Shown here piece by piece: positions 61,463 to 64,000 of a stretch of DNA of 64,000 nucleotides (position 1 is its first letter; each line of letters begins with the position of its first letter). This stretch comes from Felis catus (lineage: Eukaryota): contig NC_058368.1 of NCBI RefSeq assembly GCF_018350175.1, positions 162,876,001 to 162,940,000 of the forward strand. Direction: 5' to 3'. The notes below the pieces were generated by a model. It was not told the DNA's origin. It did not search any database and saw nothing but the letters and a program-made list of their open reading frames with translations. The position numbers and the translations under genes are program-made.

Positions 61463-63598
61463 TACTAGATCATTTTTGTGTTTGGACTCTTTAGAATTAA
61501 AATGAACAGACTCATAGTTTAATCCAATTGATGAAACTTATTATAATGTTACACTGTAAAGAGAGAAAGCCAAAAACACTTTCTAAGTAGCTGAATAATT
61601 CAGCACTCATAAAGAAACAACATCATTCAGACTCAAACAGCAGCTTATCTTGTCTCCATTGCTTTGTCTTAATTGCTTCAAAGGCCCAGATATTCAGTTT
61701 CTTTCTGTCAGCTTATTGTGTCTATATCTACTTCTATTACAGCTACTTAGTATATTCTCTCTCCATTTGCTTCTCTGTCTCAATGGCCTTTTCTCATTCA
61801 TTTTCTTGATGTCAATTTATTAAAGCTCCCATCTGACTATTTATACTCTCTTAAGAAAGAGAAATTAGTCAGTTTATAGCAGGTGTCCTGATTGGATATT
61901 TTTCTCAAGATATTTGATAAGTTTTTGGGAAATCTAAATATGGCTGTCTTGGGCTCAAGTGCTGATCTCAGACCTAGTTTTAACTAGGACATTTAAACTA
62001 CATCATATAGAACATGGCAATTAATGCACAACACAACACTTCTGGGTTTCTTCAGAAAGGGCTGTGGGTGCTTTATTCAGAAAGAACATGTGAGCATAGC
62101 AAGCAAGCACTCAGAATGCAAAGGACCTTTCTAATAAAATGTCCAGGCTTTCCTTTTTAAATAAATAAATAATTAAGTAAATAAGTAAATAAGTAAATAA
62201 ATAAATAAATATTCTTTTCTTAAATATAAATATGGGAGGCAAAGAAAAAGGCCTGACATACAAATCAGTATTCAAGGAATTTCATTAGTAAACTCAGGCT
62301 TAATTATGGTAGATGTTGATATACAAAAGGAGAAATCAAATTAGTTCTTTACAGTAGCAGATAATTTTATGCAACAGCCATATCTTGTAGTACTGTGGCT
62401 CTCAGCCCTAGTCCATTACAGAGTTGGTCTAAAACCAAGGTCTTTACCATACCAGAGGAGGTTCATGTTGGTCTGGGAGGTATGATTTCAAACTAGACTA
62501 GGTACTCCTTAATGTACTTAGAGTCTGAAATAAGGACAGGATCAGCAAAATATAAAGTATATGGAAGAGTGGCCACAGACAAGTAGACTAAGGTTCAAGA
62601 CAGGTCTCGAGTAACAGTGGGAAAGAAATGTTAACAAGGAAACTAATGCAGAGCAATGAGGCAAGAGAGGAAAGAGTTCCTAAAGACTCAACCAAGGTTC
62701 ATTGGAGATGGGGTGTATAATGTCCCAATTAATTGGGGAACTTTTTCTTTTATGTGATAAAAGCATTAATCTACTTCCTACCCTAATCAAGGTAGCATGA
62801 CAAGAAACAATGATCTTGCCAATAAAAGGCCTTCGTGTCTACGAGCAAATAGGAGGAAAACATAAGCTGAAGAGGACACCAATAAACTTCCTTGAACTTC
62901 TCAAGTGTTTTACTGATCACTTAACTTCTCCCTTGCTCTGGTCTTCATTCCTTATGATGAAATATCTATAGTTAGCCATAGAAAGTAATGCTTATCTTTA
63001 TTAAATCTGCCAATAAGAGTACAATATCTCATGTAGAGAATGCTGTTTTTTTCAAGTTTAAAAATGTTTCAGCCCTCTATCCTGAAATTTCACTCACTCT
63101 CCTTCCACACCAATTTATTTGGTCAAACCTAGTAGACAACTCAGAGACTGAAACTAGTATATTATGTCCCGACATAAACACAAGCAATAAATATATTTTT
63201 AAAAATTATGTTACTTATGTCAAATGTAAATTGATTTTAGTATCTATAATAGTAATTTACTTGCTTTCCAAGGAAATTCAGTATTTTGACTACCAATAGA
63301 ATAATATCTAAATACTTGGGATCCTAGCTTCCTTTGATAGATTCTGTCATCCACTTATAGTCAAATACAAACAATGAATAACACTTTATATTTGTTTGGT
63401 CTTTATCGTTCAAAAAGTTCTTTATTAACATGATATTCATTGACACTTCTTTGTTCACTGGAGTTTTAGTATGTAAATGTCTTCCCTGTTAATAAGGTGT
63501 GAAACTTTAGGTAGGTGATGAAGAAAAAGAAGGTAAAAGTGCTGATCTCTCTACTCCATACATTTAAAAAGTTTTCTCCTATAAAATCTTATTCCTTA

Positions 63599-63815
63599 GG
63601 GTGCCTGGGTGGCTCAGTCAGTTAAGCCTCCAACTTTGGCTCAGGTCATGATATCACAGTTCATGAGTTTGAGCCCTGAGTCAAGCTCTGTGCTGACAGC
63701 TCAGAGCCTGTAACCTGTTTTGGATTCTGTGTCTCCCTCTCTGTCTACTCCTCCCTCCCTCCCTCCCTCTCTCTCTCCCTCTCTCTCAAAAATAAAGATT
63801 AATTTTTTTTTAATT
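63599..63815 (+). mobile_element. CanSINE
   Basis: Full head and CT tract; TSD TTATTCCTTA at 63589 and 63816. Confidence 0.94.
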
Positions 63816-64000
63816 TTATTCCTTACCTGCTTCCAGCCAGTCTTAATTTCATTTTTTTCTTTTCCCTGACTTATTTCCTAATTTCCAAGCTTTCTCTTTT
63901 TATTCTTTTAAAATATACTTCTAATCTATTATATTCTGAGAGCTATAGACTATTATTGCTGTTAGTCATTTTTCTTTCTGTTCTTCAAGTTAATGCCATT

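Larger units (their letters stand above)
1..64000 (-). other. SLCO6A1: Internal part of the SLCO6A1 gene (four coding exons plus introns); the flanking exons appear to lie outside the window
   Basis: Four phase-compatible minus-strand exons splice into one OATP-family frame. Motifs IGASEFLPIYIENQF, GGALGQLLGG..VS.L.MSCKALMRF, FAGINEDYDG and GDFIDARPG.CDAKCYKLPLFIAFIFST match my recollection of SLCO6A1 better than its paralogue SLCO4C1. Confidence 0.9.

Noticed and set aside
61520..62110. Possible old MaLR/ERVL LTR (also 17470-17757) and MIR fragments near 60800-61200
   Set aside because: Motifs too degenerate to set boundaries or family by eye; left unannotated.
1..64000. CRISPR array, prokaryotic operon or CpG-island promoter
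   Set aside because: No regularly spaced repeat-spacer array; the sequence is mammalian intron and CpG-depleted outside young SINEs.

Overview
Mammalian (felid, probably cat-lineage) genomic DNA, AT-rich and mostly made of interspersed repeats. The whole window appears to lie inside one minus-strand gene, the testis-type organic anion transporter SLCO6A1 (OATP6A1). I reconstructed four consecutive coding exons (58253-58109, 39289-39094, 24293-24140, 16829-16642; 145/196/154/188 bp). All have canonical AG/GT sites and compatible phases, giving an uninterrupted frame. Two of the exons are absent from the ORF track. The introns hold about 27 tRNA-derived CanSINEs (several young, several nested), many L1 fragments of different ages, L2, MaLR LTRs, MER3/MER5A and microsatellites. 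I see no evidence of a new multi-gene biological system, and almost all short ORFs in the track are repeat-derived noise. The most noteworthy items are: (i) a young L1 inserted almost at its own homologous position inside an older co-oriented L1, forming a colinear chimera; (ii) a decayed retroviral env (TM subunit) remnant at about 53.5-54.15 kb; (iii) a diverged duplicate of an exon's splice-acceptor region with AG changed to AT; (iv) several microhomology- or SINE-associated deletions and local duplications. Repeat subfamily names come from pattern recognition and need RepeatMasker/Dfam confirmation.
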